64,000 nt of DNA from Clostridia bacterium (GCA_017483305.1 JAFULC010000044.1:127866-191865); one strand, 5' to 3'; shown: positions 35,814 through 44,689, counted from the first letter of the stretch. The notes: a model not told the origin generated them from the sequence alone. Translations and numbers: made by a program.

Positions 35814-37202
35814 ATGTTAAGAATCACACAAGAGGCGCTTCTTGCCGCAAAGCAAAAGCTTATTGACGAGAAGGTCTCCACACTCAAAACACCACAGAAC
35901 AGTGAATATTATTATCTTTCCGAGCTTGGAGAGAGCGATATTTATCTGAAGCCCGAGTTCGTGCACTACGGCAGACCCCTGATCGAGTACAAGGCCGAGG
36001 GGCTCTATAACTCAACGCTTGAGAATAAGCAGGGCAGCACCACCTACAAATCCTCCGCAAGCATTGGAGAAATGGCAGGATATCTGGTCAAGGAAAGCGA
36101 AAATTGGCAATCGATCCCCGAGCGACACCTTTCCACTGTTCCCACTTGGGTATCCAACAACGAGCACAATTCGCACGACGCGGATCACTTTATAATTCAG
36201 GATGCAACGCCCAAGCTTCGCGGCAAGATCCGTCGAAGCGGCGACCCGATCAAGCCCGAGGACCTTTACAGCGTTAAGGTCCTGTCCAAGCAGATCCCCG
36301 AGCGCGCGGTCGCATACGGTGTAGAATGGGCGCAAATAATCCGCCGCGATACCGGCGAGATGATCGGCGAGGCATATTGCTACAACAACGATGCTCCCGT
36401 GTTTGATTTTCTTTGCGACGAATCGAAAACAGGTCTCGACCATTCTCTGAGCAAGGCAACTCTTGCGGCTCAAAAGGAAGCGGCTCGCGAGGCGGAAAAG
36501 GTGCAGAAGCAAAAGGAAGCCGATATCCAAAAGGCAAAGAAGGATGCCGCGGCGGCAAAAAAGAAGACAGCCAAAAAGAAGAAAAGGTCCAAGATCTCCT
36601 TTATGGATGCTTTGGCGCAGGTCATCGCGGGAATTCTCATCGCCGCGGTTATTCTTGCGGCTGAATTTGTCGTGATACTTATGGTAAACAAGGGTGTTAT
36701 CGACAAGAGGGACCCCGGAATCTACGCGATAGACGTCGAAAACTGGGACGATTATTTCTTCTTCACAGCAAGCAATAGCACGGGGCAGTACAGAGAAAAG
36801 GCGAAGGAGGGAGAGAAACGCACCGCTTCAGGTCACTTCAAGGGCTACGAGCCCGGAGAGGTTCCCCTGCTTGCCATTGCTCCGCGAGCATCAAAATTCT
36901 ACATTTTCGATATTTCGGAAACCCGAAACAAAATGCCCAAATATCAGATAACCGATCTGTACGTAAGAGTCAAGGTGACCTATTCCTTCAACGGCGTTGA
37001 AAATTATACGGTCGAGGAAAAGCGCATAGATCTGCTCTCTTCAAGCTCTGACTTTCTGGTCTTCTCCCTTCCGGTCGAGTCTATACAGCAGAGTACGTTT
37101 ATGGGAGAGCCGACGGGCAGCTATCTTGCGGCTCTTGATTATTGGTATTTTGAGGTCCTCGAGATATCGGGCACAGTCGAAGTAAAGGAGGAAGCGAAAT
37201 AA
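35814..37202 (+). CDS. Hypothetical bitopic membrane protein (N-terminal ~260-aa cytoplasmic region, Lys/Ala-rich coil, one TM, ~190-aa outside domain)
   Basis: 462 aa. KKDAAAAKKKTAKKKKRSK is followed by the TM segment ALAQVIAGILIAAVILAAEFVVILMV. No family recognised. Confidence 0.6.
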   Translation: MLRITQEALLAAKQKLIDEKVSTLKTPQNSEYYYLSELGESDIYLKPEFVHYGRPLIEYKAEGLYNSTLENKQGSTTYKSSASIGEMAGYLVKESENWQSIPERHLSTVPTWVSNNEHNSHDADHFIIQDATPKLRGKIRRSGDPIKPEDLYSVKVLSKQIPERAVAYGVEWAQIIRRDTGEMIGEAYCYNNDAPVFDFLCDESKTGLDHSLSKATLAAQKEAAREAEKVQKQKEADIQKAKKDAAAAKKKTAKKKKRSKISFMDALAQVIAGILIAAVILAAEFVVILMVNKGVIDKRDPGIYAIDVENWDDYFFFTASNSTGQYREKAKEGEKRTASGHFKGYEPGEVPLLAIAPRASKFYIFDISETRNKMPKYQITDLYVRVKVTYSFNGVENYTVEEKRIDLLSSSSDFLVFSLPVESIQQSTFMGEPTGSYLAALDYWYFEVLEISGTVEVKEEAK

Positions 37203-38401
37203 TGAGCAAATCTTCTTCAAACGAAGTAAAGCTTTCTGACGTCGGCATAACGTTCCTGACAATGTTCCTTGTCATTGCTCTGGTAAACTGCGCTTTCTTC
37301 TTCAGAAACGTCGGTCAGAAGACCGCAATCAAGGTAGACAGTGTTGGAAACACGGTTTATCTGCAATATGCCGCTCAGAACGAAAGCTACTCGATCGACG
37401 GCATAGACAATTCCAACTTCAACAATTCAAACGGCATCTTCTCATTCTTTGATATCAATTACGAGGTCTCCGACAACGGTCAGCCCTATTGCATCGTCAA
37501 CTCCAAGGGCAAAACGGTCGGCACGGTCAAGCTTGCAAGACGCGACCCGATGGAAGCAAGTGTATACCGCATAGACGTTGCAAATCTTGAAAGTCCGCTC
37601 GTGTCGGTTTCCGGCGACTATGACACAGTTTACGTATATTCCTCCGTTACGGACATGAGCTTCCCCGTATCGATCCAGATCGAGCAAAGAAACCGCCCGA
37701 TCGACGTGATCTTTGAGGACGTCCGCATCTGCGCGCCCGATCTCGCCCCCGTTCTCTATTGCGTTCACGACGTGGACGTCAACCTTGAGGCAAAGGGCAC
37801 AGTCTGGCTCGAGGCGGGAGCAAACCCCTACACAAAACAGCACGTCTCCGAGATCGAAAACCTCTTCTCCACCGTCAACGTTGCCGCAAACGCGTACTAC
37901 GTCTGCATGCTTTCTGCGGTCGGAACGGCGGCCTCGATAATGTACGGCGTGGACTATTACGCGGATATGTTCATGGGCGTGACCGCTCTGCAGCTCAACG
38001 TCATGGAAAACGCGTGGGGCAAGGTTGAAAATCTTTTTAACGGTCAGGACGGAGCGGACGGACTTGACGGCGTTCCCGCACTTCAGATCGCAGGCGGTCT
38101 CAATTTCGTGATAGCTGAAAACGCCAGCGTTACGGTCATTGGCGGCTCGGGATCGGACGGCGGCGACGGAACGAACGCGCTGACGATGAAAAACAACGGC
38201 GGCGACGGCGGCGACGGAGCCTCCGCGATCGTTTGCGGAAGCCTCGCAACTCACTCCTACGGAACGCTGACGCTTTATGCAGGCGCAGGCGGACAGGGCG
38301 GTGAGCCCGGATACACTCCGCTCGGAGACCACGGAAATCAAGGCAACCGTGGCGGTCAGCACGAACCCAAAGTCGTTCTTGACGTAGAAATTACCGAATA
38401 A
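37202..38401 (+). CDS. Hypothetical N-terminally anchored protein with C-terminal Gly/Asp-rich repeats
   Basis: 399 aa. Its ATG overlaps the upstream TAA (ATAATG). TM segment is VGITFLTMFLVIALVNCAFFF. The tail is GGSGSDGGDGTNA...NNGGDGGDGAS...GAGGQGGEPG...GNQGNRGGQ. Confidence 0.6.
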   Translation: MSKSSSNEVKLSDVGITFLTMFLVIALVNCAFFFRNVGQKTAIKVDSVGNTVYLQYAAQNESYSIDGIDNSNFNNSNGIFSFFDINYEVSDNGQPYCIVNSKGKTVGTVKLARRDPMEASVYRIDVANLESPLVSVSGDYDTVYVYSSVTDMSFPVSIQIEQRNRPIDVIFEDVRICAPDLAPVLYCVHDVDVNLEAKGTVWLEAGANPYTKQHVSEIENLFSTVNVAANAYYVCMLSAVGTAASIMYGVDYYADMFMGVTALQLNVMENAWGKVENLFNGQDGADGLDGVPALQIAGGLNFVIAENASVTVIGGSGSDGGDGTNALTMKNNGGDGGDGASAIVCGSLATHSYGTLTLYAGAGGQGGEPGYTPLGDHGNQGNRGGQHEPKVVLDVEITE

Positions 38402-38413
38402 CTAAAAATAAAA

Positions 38414-38443
38414 ATATATGCCGTGACTTCACGGCATATATTT
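38414..38443 (+). terminator. Terminator of the 35814-38401 operon
   Basis: ATATATGCCGTG-actt-CACGGCATATAT followed by TT. Confidence 0.7.
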
Positions 38444-38461
38444 ACGGTCAACAGGAATAGT

Positions 38462-39211
38462 ATGAAATTCATAAACAAAATCAAAACCAACTGGCACGAT
38501 ACGGATGCTCACCGAAACGTGCGCGCCAGCAAAATAATCGAATATATGCAGGAAACCGCCAACGCGCAGTGCGAGTCCTCGGGGCTTCCGCTCGAAAAGC
38601 TTCGCGACGAGAAAAAGCTTGCCTTCATTCTTGGTGCGCTTTCGGTCAACATTTACTCTCCCCTGCACGCGTATGAGGACATCGAGGTAAGGACCTGGTG
38701 CAAGGAGGCAAAAAGCTATATCTTCAACCGTTATTTCGAGATATACCGCGGAGACGAGAGGATAGCCGAGGCGGCTACGACCTGGGTTCTCATCGACCTG
38801 AACACAAAGAGTATGGTTCGTGCGAGCAATTACGAGTTCATGTCAGGCTGCTTCTACTACGACGAGCCCGTCGACCTCTCCTCCCTGCCTCCCAAGGCTC
38901 GAATCGATAAGGATGCGCAGCTATACGAGGTCGGCAAAAGAAGGATCGTTTATTCGGACATAGACTACAATATGCACATGAATAACACTCACTATCCCGA
39001 TATGATCTGCGATTTTCTCTCGGAAATGACCGATGAGAGCTCCTCGTACAGAGTCTGCTCGATGTCTCTTTCTTACGTAAAGGAATCGCATCTCGGAGCT
39101 CTGCTCACGGTCGAAAGAAGCGAGCTTTCCGACGGAAAAATTCTCGTCAGAACGCTTAACGAGAACGGTGAGACCTGCCTTGACGCTATCATCGGCTTGT
39201 GTAAGGAATAA
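38462..39211 (+). CDS. Acyl-ACP thioesterase (FatA/B-like double hotdog)
   Basis: Start at MKFINKIKTNWHDTD (the track's GTG at 38423 lies inside the terminator). The ...HVNN-like motif is DYNMHMNNTHY. Confidence 0.75.
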   Translation: MKFINKIKTNWHDTDAHRNVRASKIIEYMQETANAQCESSGLPLEKLRDEKKLAFILGALSVNIYSPLHAYEDIEVRTWCKEAKSYIFNRYFEIYRGDERIAEAATTWVLIDLNTKSMVRASNYEFMSGCFYYDEPVDLSSLPPKARIDKDAQLYEVGKRRIVYSDIDYNMHMNNTHYPDMICDFLSEMTDESSSYRVCSMSLSYVKESHLGALLTVERSELSDGKILVRTLNENGETCLDAIIGLCKE

Positions 39212-39257
39212 GCAAAAAAATGGGGCATTCATCACCATCGGGGAAAGTCTCATGAAA

Positions 39258-39300
39258 TAACGCAAAAGCACTTATGACAAACGATTTGTTCGTTGTCATA
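39258..39300. terminator. Bidirectional terminator
   Basis: GCACTTATGACAACG-atttgtt-CGTTGTCATAAGTGC, flanked by AAAA and TTTTT. Confidence 0.85.
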
Positions 39301-39350
39301 AGTGCTTTTTCAAAGCTTAGTGGTGGCGCATCAACCAAGGCGATGCTTCC

Positions 39351-39860
39351 TTATTTAAGCTTTATCCAGCCGATACTCTCATAAAACTTTTCAAATTCTT
39401 CTATCAGTCCATCGCCAAAAACCCACGCCTCTTCTCGCCACGGATGCGTTAAATATCCAAATCGAAAGTCCTCGGAAATGAAGAAATAGTAATCTCCGTC
39501 CGGGTAGAAACCGGGAAAATAAGCGTCATATCCGCCTCCCATATATTTCTCGTCAGACACAAAAACAGATTGTTGTTCGTCTGCCTTCCTCGGATCGTAT
39601 AGAAATGCGGAATGCTGCCAATCAAGGGCAAATATGCGCTCGCCGGGATTTGTGCATTTTATGAAGGCATTTGTTATTAGCGAGTTCATTTGCGAAATTT
39701 CGTCATCTGTGTTTTCTATACCGTAAATAACGTGATTTTTATTGATTACAAAAGGCGGAAAAAGAGCGCCCGAATTTCTGTCGGAACAATTTGGAAAAAA
39801 TCTCAATTCCTTTTTAACTCTGTCCCAAACCGAATCGTATTGTTCGTCGTTTAATATCAT
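39351..39860 (-). CDS. Hypothetical cytoplasmic protein (169 aa), AT-rich gene appended to the mannosidase operon
   Basis: AAGGA RBS lies before ATG 39860. Motifs are FALDWQHSAFLYDP and YPDGDYYFFISEDFRFGYLTHPW. No confident family. Confidence 0.55.
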   Translation of the reverse strand: MILNDEQYDSVWDRVKKELRFFPNCSDRNSGALFPPFVINKNHVIYGIENTDDEISQMNSLITNAFIKCTNPGERIFALDWQHSAFLYDPRKADEQQSVFVSDEKYMGGGYDAYFPGFYPDGDYYFFISEDFRFGYLTHPWREEAWVFGDGLIEEFEKFYESIGWIKLK

Positions 39861-39873
39861 AGTTAGTCCTTTT

Positions 39874-42258
39874 TTATCCAAGCATCGACTCAGATTGTGT
39901 CAATTCTCCGTTCTTATAGATCAGAGTCTTGACCTCATAGCGACCAAACGACAGCGACAGAGTCTTGTCAAATACTCTGCACTCGCATTCAGCGCTTTCC
40001 TTATAGTTGTTGATAAGACGCGCCATATAGCTGCCGTCCGCCATCATTCTGAATGCTGTGAGCGCAATATTATTGTTCGAAAGCTCAATGGGGCTATGCT
40101 CTCTCTTTTTTCCCTTGCCGTGAGGATAAGCATTGAGGGTGTACGGCTTCTGGATAAACTCTGCCGCCTTGCTCTCAAGCTCCCTCTCCTTGCAGACCGC
40201 GAGTCTGAACGAAAACTCGTGTCTGCCAGTGTCGAGATAATAATTGAATCTTTCCTCGTCGATTATCGGCAGGTTGCCTACGGGGTGAGCGCAGTATACC
40301 GAGCCGTTGAGCAACGTCAGATAGAGCTTGCCGTTCTCAACCGAGCAGCCGTACGTGCCGTCCTTGAATACCGCAAGAACCTCTCCGTCAGACTCAAGTC
40401 CGCAGAATCTGTGTGAGCACTGCTCAAGGTCGTGCTCGTATTCCTGCGTTCCAAAGGAGGTCTGACCGATAAAGCGGCGAGCATCGGTTGCGGGGATCTC
40501 AAGCTTGAGTCCCTTACCGGGATCGTTCCAGCAAACGTTGACGGTCACGTCGACGTAATCGTAGTCCTTGTACAGCTTATAAGCCACGCGGATCTCGCTC
40601 TTGCCCGTGTCATAAATGCTTTCAACCGTCGTCAGAAGATCTCCGCGCTCGATCACGCGCAAGGAGGTCTTGACATCGGCGTACTTGTAGTTCTTTCCAA
40701 CGGTTCTCATGTTCCAGCCCCACGGGTCAGCATTGTCCTCGAACATCACGGGAGCAAACGCGCCGCCTGCGAGATATTCCTTACCGTCTACCACGAAGGA
40801 GCTAAGGCATCCCGTCTCCTTGTCGAATTTGGCAACAACTCCGCGCCCGAGGTCGAACTCGGTCTGGGGGGTTCTGTCAAGGAAGGTCTTTTCCTTCTTA
40901 CTGATTACAACGTCAAATCTCGTAAGCGACATAGGATTGAGCTCTGCCTTGATTGCAAAGCGCTTTCTTCTGTCCATATTTATGGTCGAGCCCTCCTTCA
41001 CGGTCTGATAGGGGACTTCCTTGCCGTCCTTTATGATTCTGAAATCGTAAGCCTCGGTGTCCGAAACTATGCCAACAAGGAGGAATATCTCGCACTCGAA
41101 TATGCCGTCGACCTTGTAGGGCATCGGGTTGTAGACGAAGACGGGATAGTCGCCGTCCGCCGCCTTTTCGTATCCTGAGCAAAGATCAAGAAACGCCTTG
41201 GTAAACTGCTTGTCAAGGATCTCCATAGCGTAATCCGCCTTGCGAAGGCTGCTCTGCTCGCCGTCAAGAATACTTGTTCCCGACAAAACGTCATGGAACT
41301 GTATCGCGCTCATATTCTTCTGTGCCTCGGCAAATGCCCTGTGATCATATTTCGTTCCGCATTCGCTTGCCGCGTAAGCGCAGATCTTCTCGGTTACTAC
41401 AAGCTTGTTTTCAAGCTCTGCATACTTGAATTTGAGTCTGCTGTCAGAGGAATAGCACTTAACGAAGCAAGGCTCAAGTGCACGGTTGAATTCTGCCGTC
41501 GGATTAACCTTGGAGAAGAACGCCTCGGGTGTGCTGTGGATGACCGTAACGCCGTTTTGCTTGCTTTCCTCGATATACTCCTTGATGTCAGCAAGGTCCT
41601 TTCTCGAAGCTCCGCCGCCGTGGTTTCCAACGCCCCAGAGAGCGAACGCGATGTCGCTTTCTTGCCAAGGGAGGAGCTTGCGCTTGATATCCTCAACCGC
41701 ACTTCCAAGCTCTGAGCAATATATAGTCATATCCTCGAAGCGTGACGCCTTGACCGCGCTTCCGTCAAATCCTACCCAGTTGAAGACTCTGTCGGGCAGC
41801 TCCATCAGTCCTGTCATCGGTCTGCAGAAAATATATCCCTCGTATCCGCACTTCTTGAGGATCTGCACAAGTCCCTGCGTGTGCCCGAAGGAGTCGAAGT
41901 TTACGGCAACGGTCGGTCTTACGCCGAACTTTTCCTTGAAATAGGAAAGTCCCGTCTCGATCTGACGGACAAAGCCCTCGCCCGAGGGCACGGTGCAGTC
42001 GGGCTGGACGTACCAACCGCCCATAATGTGCCATTTACCCGCCTTTACAAGCTCGCGGATACGCTCAAAGAGCGCAGGGTCGTATTCCTCGATCCACTCG
42101 TAAAGCAAAGCCTCGTTGTGACAGAAAATATAGTCGTATTCGTCTGCAAGCTGAACTGCGGAATAAAACGTGGCAAGCGCCGCGGTCGCGCCCTCGTTCC
42201 AATCCCACTGCCATACGGGGTCAAGATGGGCGTTACAAATCAAATGAAGCTCTTTCAT
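39874..42258 (-). CDS. GH38 alpha-mannosidase
   Basis: 794 aa. MKELHLICNAHLDPVWQWDW...GKWHIMGGWYVQPDC is the GH38 N-terminal catalytic signature. Confidence 0.88.
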   Translation of the reverse strand: MKELHLICNAHLDPVWQWDWNEGATAALATFYSAVQLADEYDYIFCHNEALLYEWIEEYDPALFERIRELVKAGKWHIMGGWYVQPDCTVPSGEGFVRQIETGLSYFKEKFGVRPTVAVNFDSFGHTQGLVQILKKCGYEGYIFCRPMTGLMELPDRVFNWVGFDGSAVKASRFEDMTIYCSELGSAVEDIKRKLLPWQESDIAFALWGVGNHGGGASRKDLADIKEYIEESKQNGVTVIHSTPEAFFSKVNPTAEFNRALEPCFVKCYSSDSRLKFKYAELENKLVVTEKICAYAASECGTKYDHRAFAEAQKNMSAIQFHDVLSGTSILDGEQSSLRKADYAMEILDKQFTKAFLDLCSGYEKAADGDYPVFVYNPMPYKVDGIFECEIFLLVGIVSDTEAYDFRIIKDGKEVPYQTVKEGSTINMDRRKRFAIKAELNPMSLTRFDVVISKKEKTFLDRTPQTEFDLGRGVVAKFDKETGCLSSFVVDGKEYLAGGAFAPVMFEDNADPWGWNMRTVGKNYKYADVKTSLRVIERGDLLTTVESIYDTGKSEIRVAYKLYKDYDYVDVTVNVCWNDPGKGLKLEIPATDARRFIGQTSFGTQEYEHDLEQCSHRFCGLESDGEVLAVFKDGTYGCSVENGKLYLTLLNGSVYCAHPVGNLPIIDEERFNYYLDTGRHEFSFRLAVCKERELESKAAEFIQKPYTLNAYPHGKGKKREHSPIELSNNNIALTAFRMMADGSYMARLINNYKESAECECRVFDKTLSLSFGRYEVKTLIYKNGELTQSESMLG

Positions 42259-42287
42259 ATCGGGTCTCCTTTATGGTATATATCGTT

Positions 42288-43154
42288 TTATAAGATGTTT
42301 TTAGCCAGCCTGTGACCGATAAGCGCAAGCTCGCGCTCCTGTCGGTCTCGCGCCTCTCCGTGCGGCATATCCCAAGAAACCATAGTCTCGAAGCTCAGCA
42401 CACCGTTAAATTTGATCTCGGCAAGCGCGTCTGAGAAATCGGTCCAATTTATGTTTCCGCGTCCGGGAATTTGATGAGAGTCCGCAGTTCCGTCGTTATC
42501 GTGTACGTGCAACGCGCCGAGATATGTGCCAAGCATTCTTACCGCATCGGCAGGCTTTTCGCCGCAGAAGTTGCAATGCCCCGTGTCGAGACATACGCGA
42601 AAAATATCGCTATTTGTTTCCCTGTTCATCAGACTTGCAAAATCAAGGCATTGGCGGGGACTGTTTATCGGGAGCTTAGGGAAAGGAAGAGTTTCAATAT
42701 TTATGTGCTTGACACCGTATTCCCTTGCAACCTCGGCAAGTGCACCCATAAACTCTATGTTCATCTGCACCACCCCCTCGGGATTCTCGGAGCTATCCTC
42801 GCCATACGGCATAAGCATGTGAATGACAAGATCGGTCGCGCCGATATACGCCGCCCCTCTCAACGCCTTTGATGCCTTCTCGAGCTTTATAGCTCGCTCC
42901 TCGGCACTGACACACTTCACGGGCGCTTCCCAAGGCGCGTGCGCTTGATTTACGCGTATTCCCTCTGCCTCTATAAGCCTTCTTTGCCTTGACAGCTCTT
43001 TTTCAAATTCGGATTCGGGGAGATTGAAAAATTCGGTATCGGTATGCATAAAGCTTGAATAATCGAAGCAATCAAACCCGTGCTCCCTCGCGCGTCTCGC
43101 GCCCTCTTCGACTCCGTATCTCAGATATGCGGGAGATTCAATTCCTATTCTCAT
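42288..43154 (-). CDS. Sugar phosphate isomerase/epimerase (xylose-isomerase-like TIM barrel)
   Basis: 288 aa. LDTGHCNF...LHVHDNDGTADSHQIPGRGNINW pattern. Confidence 0.75.
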   Translation of the reverse strand: MRIGIESPAYLRYGVEEGARRAREHGFDCFDYSSFMHTDTEFFNLPESEFEKELSRQRRLIEAEGIRVNQAHAPWEAPVKCVSAEERAIKLEKASKALRGAAYIGATDLVIHMLMPYGEDSSENPEGVVQMNIEFMGALAEVAREYGVKHINIETLPFPKLPINSPRQCLDFASLMNRETNSDIFRVCLDTGHCNFCGEKPADAVRMLGTYLGALHVHDNDGTADSHQIPGRGNINWTDFSDALAEIKFNGVLSFETMVSWDMPHGEARDRQERELALIGHRLAKNIL

Positions 43155-43178
43155 AACAAGTCTCCTTTTGCAAAGATC

Positions 43179-43709
43179 TTATAATATTTTTTCGTAGGCA
43201 ACCCTTTTGTCACCGTCGTTCAGATAAATAGTTCCGCAATGGACGAAATGATTTTTCTCCAGCATCCGTCTCATAACAACGTTTCCCTCGTGGGTGTCTA
43301 TTCTCAAGGACTTTTTCCCGAGAAAACGTGCAATATCTGCGGCAAAATCGATTATTTTGCCCGAAATTCCGCTCCCTCGGCTCGAGATCGCGATCGCAAC
43401 GCGATGGATCGCTATATATTGCCCCTTTTCGTCACCCGTAAGCCAATTTCCGTCGAAAATCTCGTCATACGTCGGCTCGCCGTGCAAAATCAGGGCAAAG
43501 GTGGCTATGATCTTGCCGTCGGACAGGACGCAATAGGACTGTTCCCTTTTTACGTCCTCCTCGATAATCGACCTTGACGGATAGCCGTTCTGCCATTGGT
43601 CGATTCCAAGCAAAGCGATCGTTTTTCTTGCCTCGGAGAATATCGGCATAATGCTATCAAGGTCTTTTGTCTCTGTTTTTCTGATGACTGTCACACCGTT
43701 ATCCTCCAC
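43179..43709 (-). CDS. GNAT-family N-acetyltransferase
   Basis: 176 aa. IAIHRVAIAISSRGSGISGKII is acetyl-CoA binding motif A. Confidence 0.8.
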   Translation of the reverse strand: MEDNGVTVIRKTETKDLDSIMPIFSEARKTIALLGIDQWQNGYPSRSIIEEDVKREQSYCVLSDGKIIATFALILHGEPTYDEIFDGNWLTGDEKGQYIAIHRVAIAISSRGSGISGKIIDFAADIARFLGKKSLRIDTHEGNVVMRRMLEKNHFVHCGTIYLNDGDKRVAYEKIL

Positions 43710-43812
43710 ACATAAAAGCTGTTTTACTTTGCTGAATTAATTGTACTATAAAGATAAATTTATGTCAATAAATATTGAAAATAAAAAATTTTAATTATTT
43801 TTCGAAAACCTA

Positions 43813-43841
43813 TTGAATTTTGAATTGGTTTATGGTATAAT
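43813..43841 (+). promoter_or_regulatory. Sigma-A promoter of the tRNA gene (TTGAAT-17-TATAAT)
   Basis: -35 at 43813-43818 and -10 at 43836-43841, about 30 nt before the tRNA 5' end. Confidence 0.75.
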
Positions 43842-43871
43842 GTTATGGTCGTAATAAAAACGGCATAATAC

Positions 43872-43947
43872 AGGGGTATAGCTCAGTTGGTAGAGTACTG
43901 GTCTCCAAAACCAAGGGTCGTGGGTTCAAGTCCTTCTGCCCCTGCCA
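43872..43947 (+). tRNA. trnW: tRNA-Trp (anticodon CCA), CCA-3' encoded; solitary gene with own promoter and terminator
   Basis: Hand fold: acceptor AGGGGTA/TGCCCCT, D arm GCTC-AGTTGGTA-GAGT, anticodon loop CTCCAAA, T loop TTCAAGT. Two non-Watson-Crick stem positions were noted (27-43 C/A, 50-64 T/T). Confidence 0.85.
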
Positions 43948-43950
43948 AGA

Positions 43951-43983
43951 AAAAAGCCATTCGCGTAAGCGGATGGCTTTTTT
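43951..43983 (+). terminator. tRNA-Trp terminator
   Basis: AAAAAGCCATTCGC-gtaa-GCGGATGGCTTTTTT. Confidence 0.85.
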
Positions 43984-43988
43984 CAACT

Positions 43989-44160
43989 AAATCCGTCCTT
44001 ACGGACGGGATAAATCCCACTAACGTGGGATGAAATCACATCGTGATGAAATCCCGCTTCGCGGGGAGAGAGGACGGATTTAATTTCATCTGAAGCCACA
44101 GGCTGAAGATTTCATCCGAACGGAGTGAGGATTTCATCGTGCGCAGCGCGATTTCATTTT
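43989..44160. repeat. Mirror-symmetric motif/hairpin array A: GAT(G/A)AAATC x3 forward, then GATTTCAT(C/T) x4 reverse, interleaved with unrelated short GC-rich hairpins
   Basis: Forward copies at 44009-16, 44029-37 and 44045-53. Reverse copies at 44083-90, 44108-16, 44130-38 and 44150-58. Intervening hairpins include CCGTCC-ttac-GGACGG, CCCAC-taac-GTGGG, CCCGC-ttc-GCGGG and ATCGTGC-gca-GCGCGAT. Confidence 0.8.
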
Positions 44161-44196
44161 CGTTACACGCCTTCGGCGCAATTTACCGCGAAACGG

Positions 44197-44225
44197 TTGA
44201 AATGTCCACGGATTTGTGCTATAAT
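44197..44225 (+). promoter_or_regulatory. Sigma-A promoter (TTGAAA-17-TATAAT), left copy of the island-bracketing promoter/leader module
   Basis: TTGAAAtgtccacggatttgtgcTATAAT. About 85 percent identical to 63474-63502. Confidence 0.75.
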
Positions 44226-44248
44226 GGGGAAAAGAAAGGGGCGAGAAT

Positions 44249-44689
44249 ATGCAAATACTTGAAGGAACAGAATATTTAGCAATTAAGGAATTGTTCGTTG
44301 AGCAATTTGTTGATCAGAGCTCAAGCTTCTATGTAGAACGCATCAAGAATAAACACCGTTTTTCGGACGGACTATTTCAAACGGGATATTTTTGGGATTG
44401 CTTGAAAAAATACAATCGAAAGACCGAAAAATATTGTATCGACGTATTATCAAGCAAGCATGAATTTTATGTCATATGGGACATTTTGAGTTCGGAGCAT
44501 ATACGCATACCGAATTATTATAAATATCCGACGGAGTCCTGTTTGAAACTTTCGTTCCAAGAGTATTTAGAAAAGTCGGATACTTTTCCCGAAGATATTT
44601 ATTTCTTTGACGATACTTTGTCTTGGTGCGTTATTCTAACACACGAAGATAATGGAAAAAGAAGATATTGCCTATCGATTGGATGTTAA
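44249..44689 (+). CDS. Hypothetical cytoplasmic protein (146 aa)
   Basis: RBS AAAGGGG. Motifs are FYVIWDILSSEHI and PEDIYFFDDTLSWCVILTHED. It resembles small immunity-type DUF proteins, but no confident family was recognised. Confidence 0.6.
   Translation: MQILEGTEYLAIKELFVEQFVDQSSSFYVERIKNKHRFSDGLFQTGYFWDCLKKYNRKTEKYCIDVLSSKHEFYVIWDILSSEHIRIPNYYKYPTESCLKLSFQEYLEKSDTFPEDIYFFDDTLSWCVILTHEDNGKRRYCLSIGC

Noticed and set aside
43989-44160. Considered whether the motif/hairpin arrays (also 63291-63473) are CRISPR arrays, plasmid iterons or integron attC sites.
   Set aside because: The repeats are only 7-9 nt, and the 'spacers' are 7-17 nt and self-complementary. Orientation flips mid-array, spacing is irregular, and there are no cas, rep or intI genes. 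They are kept as an unexplained repeat class instead.
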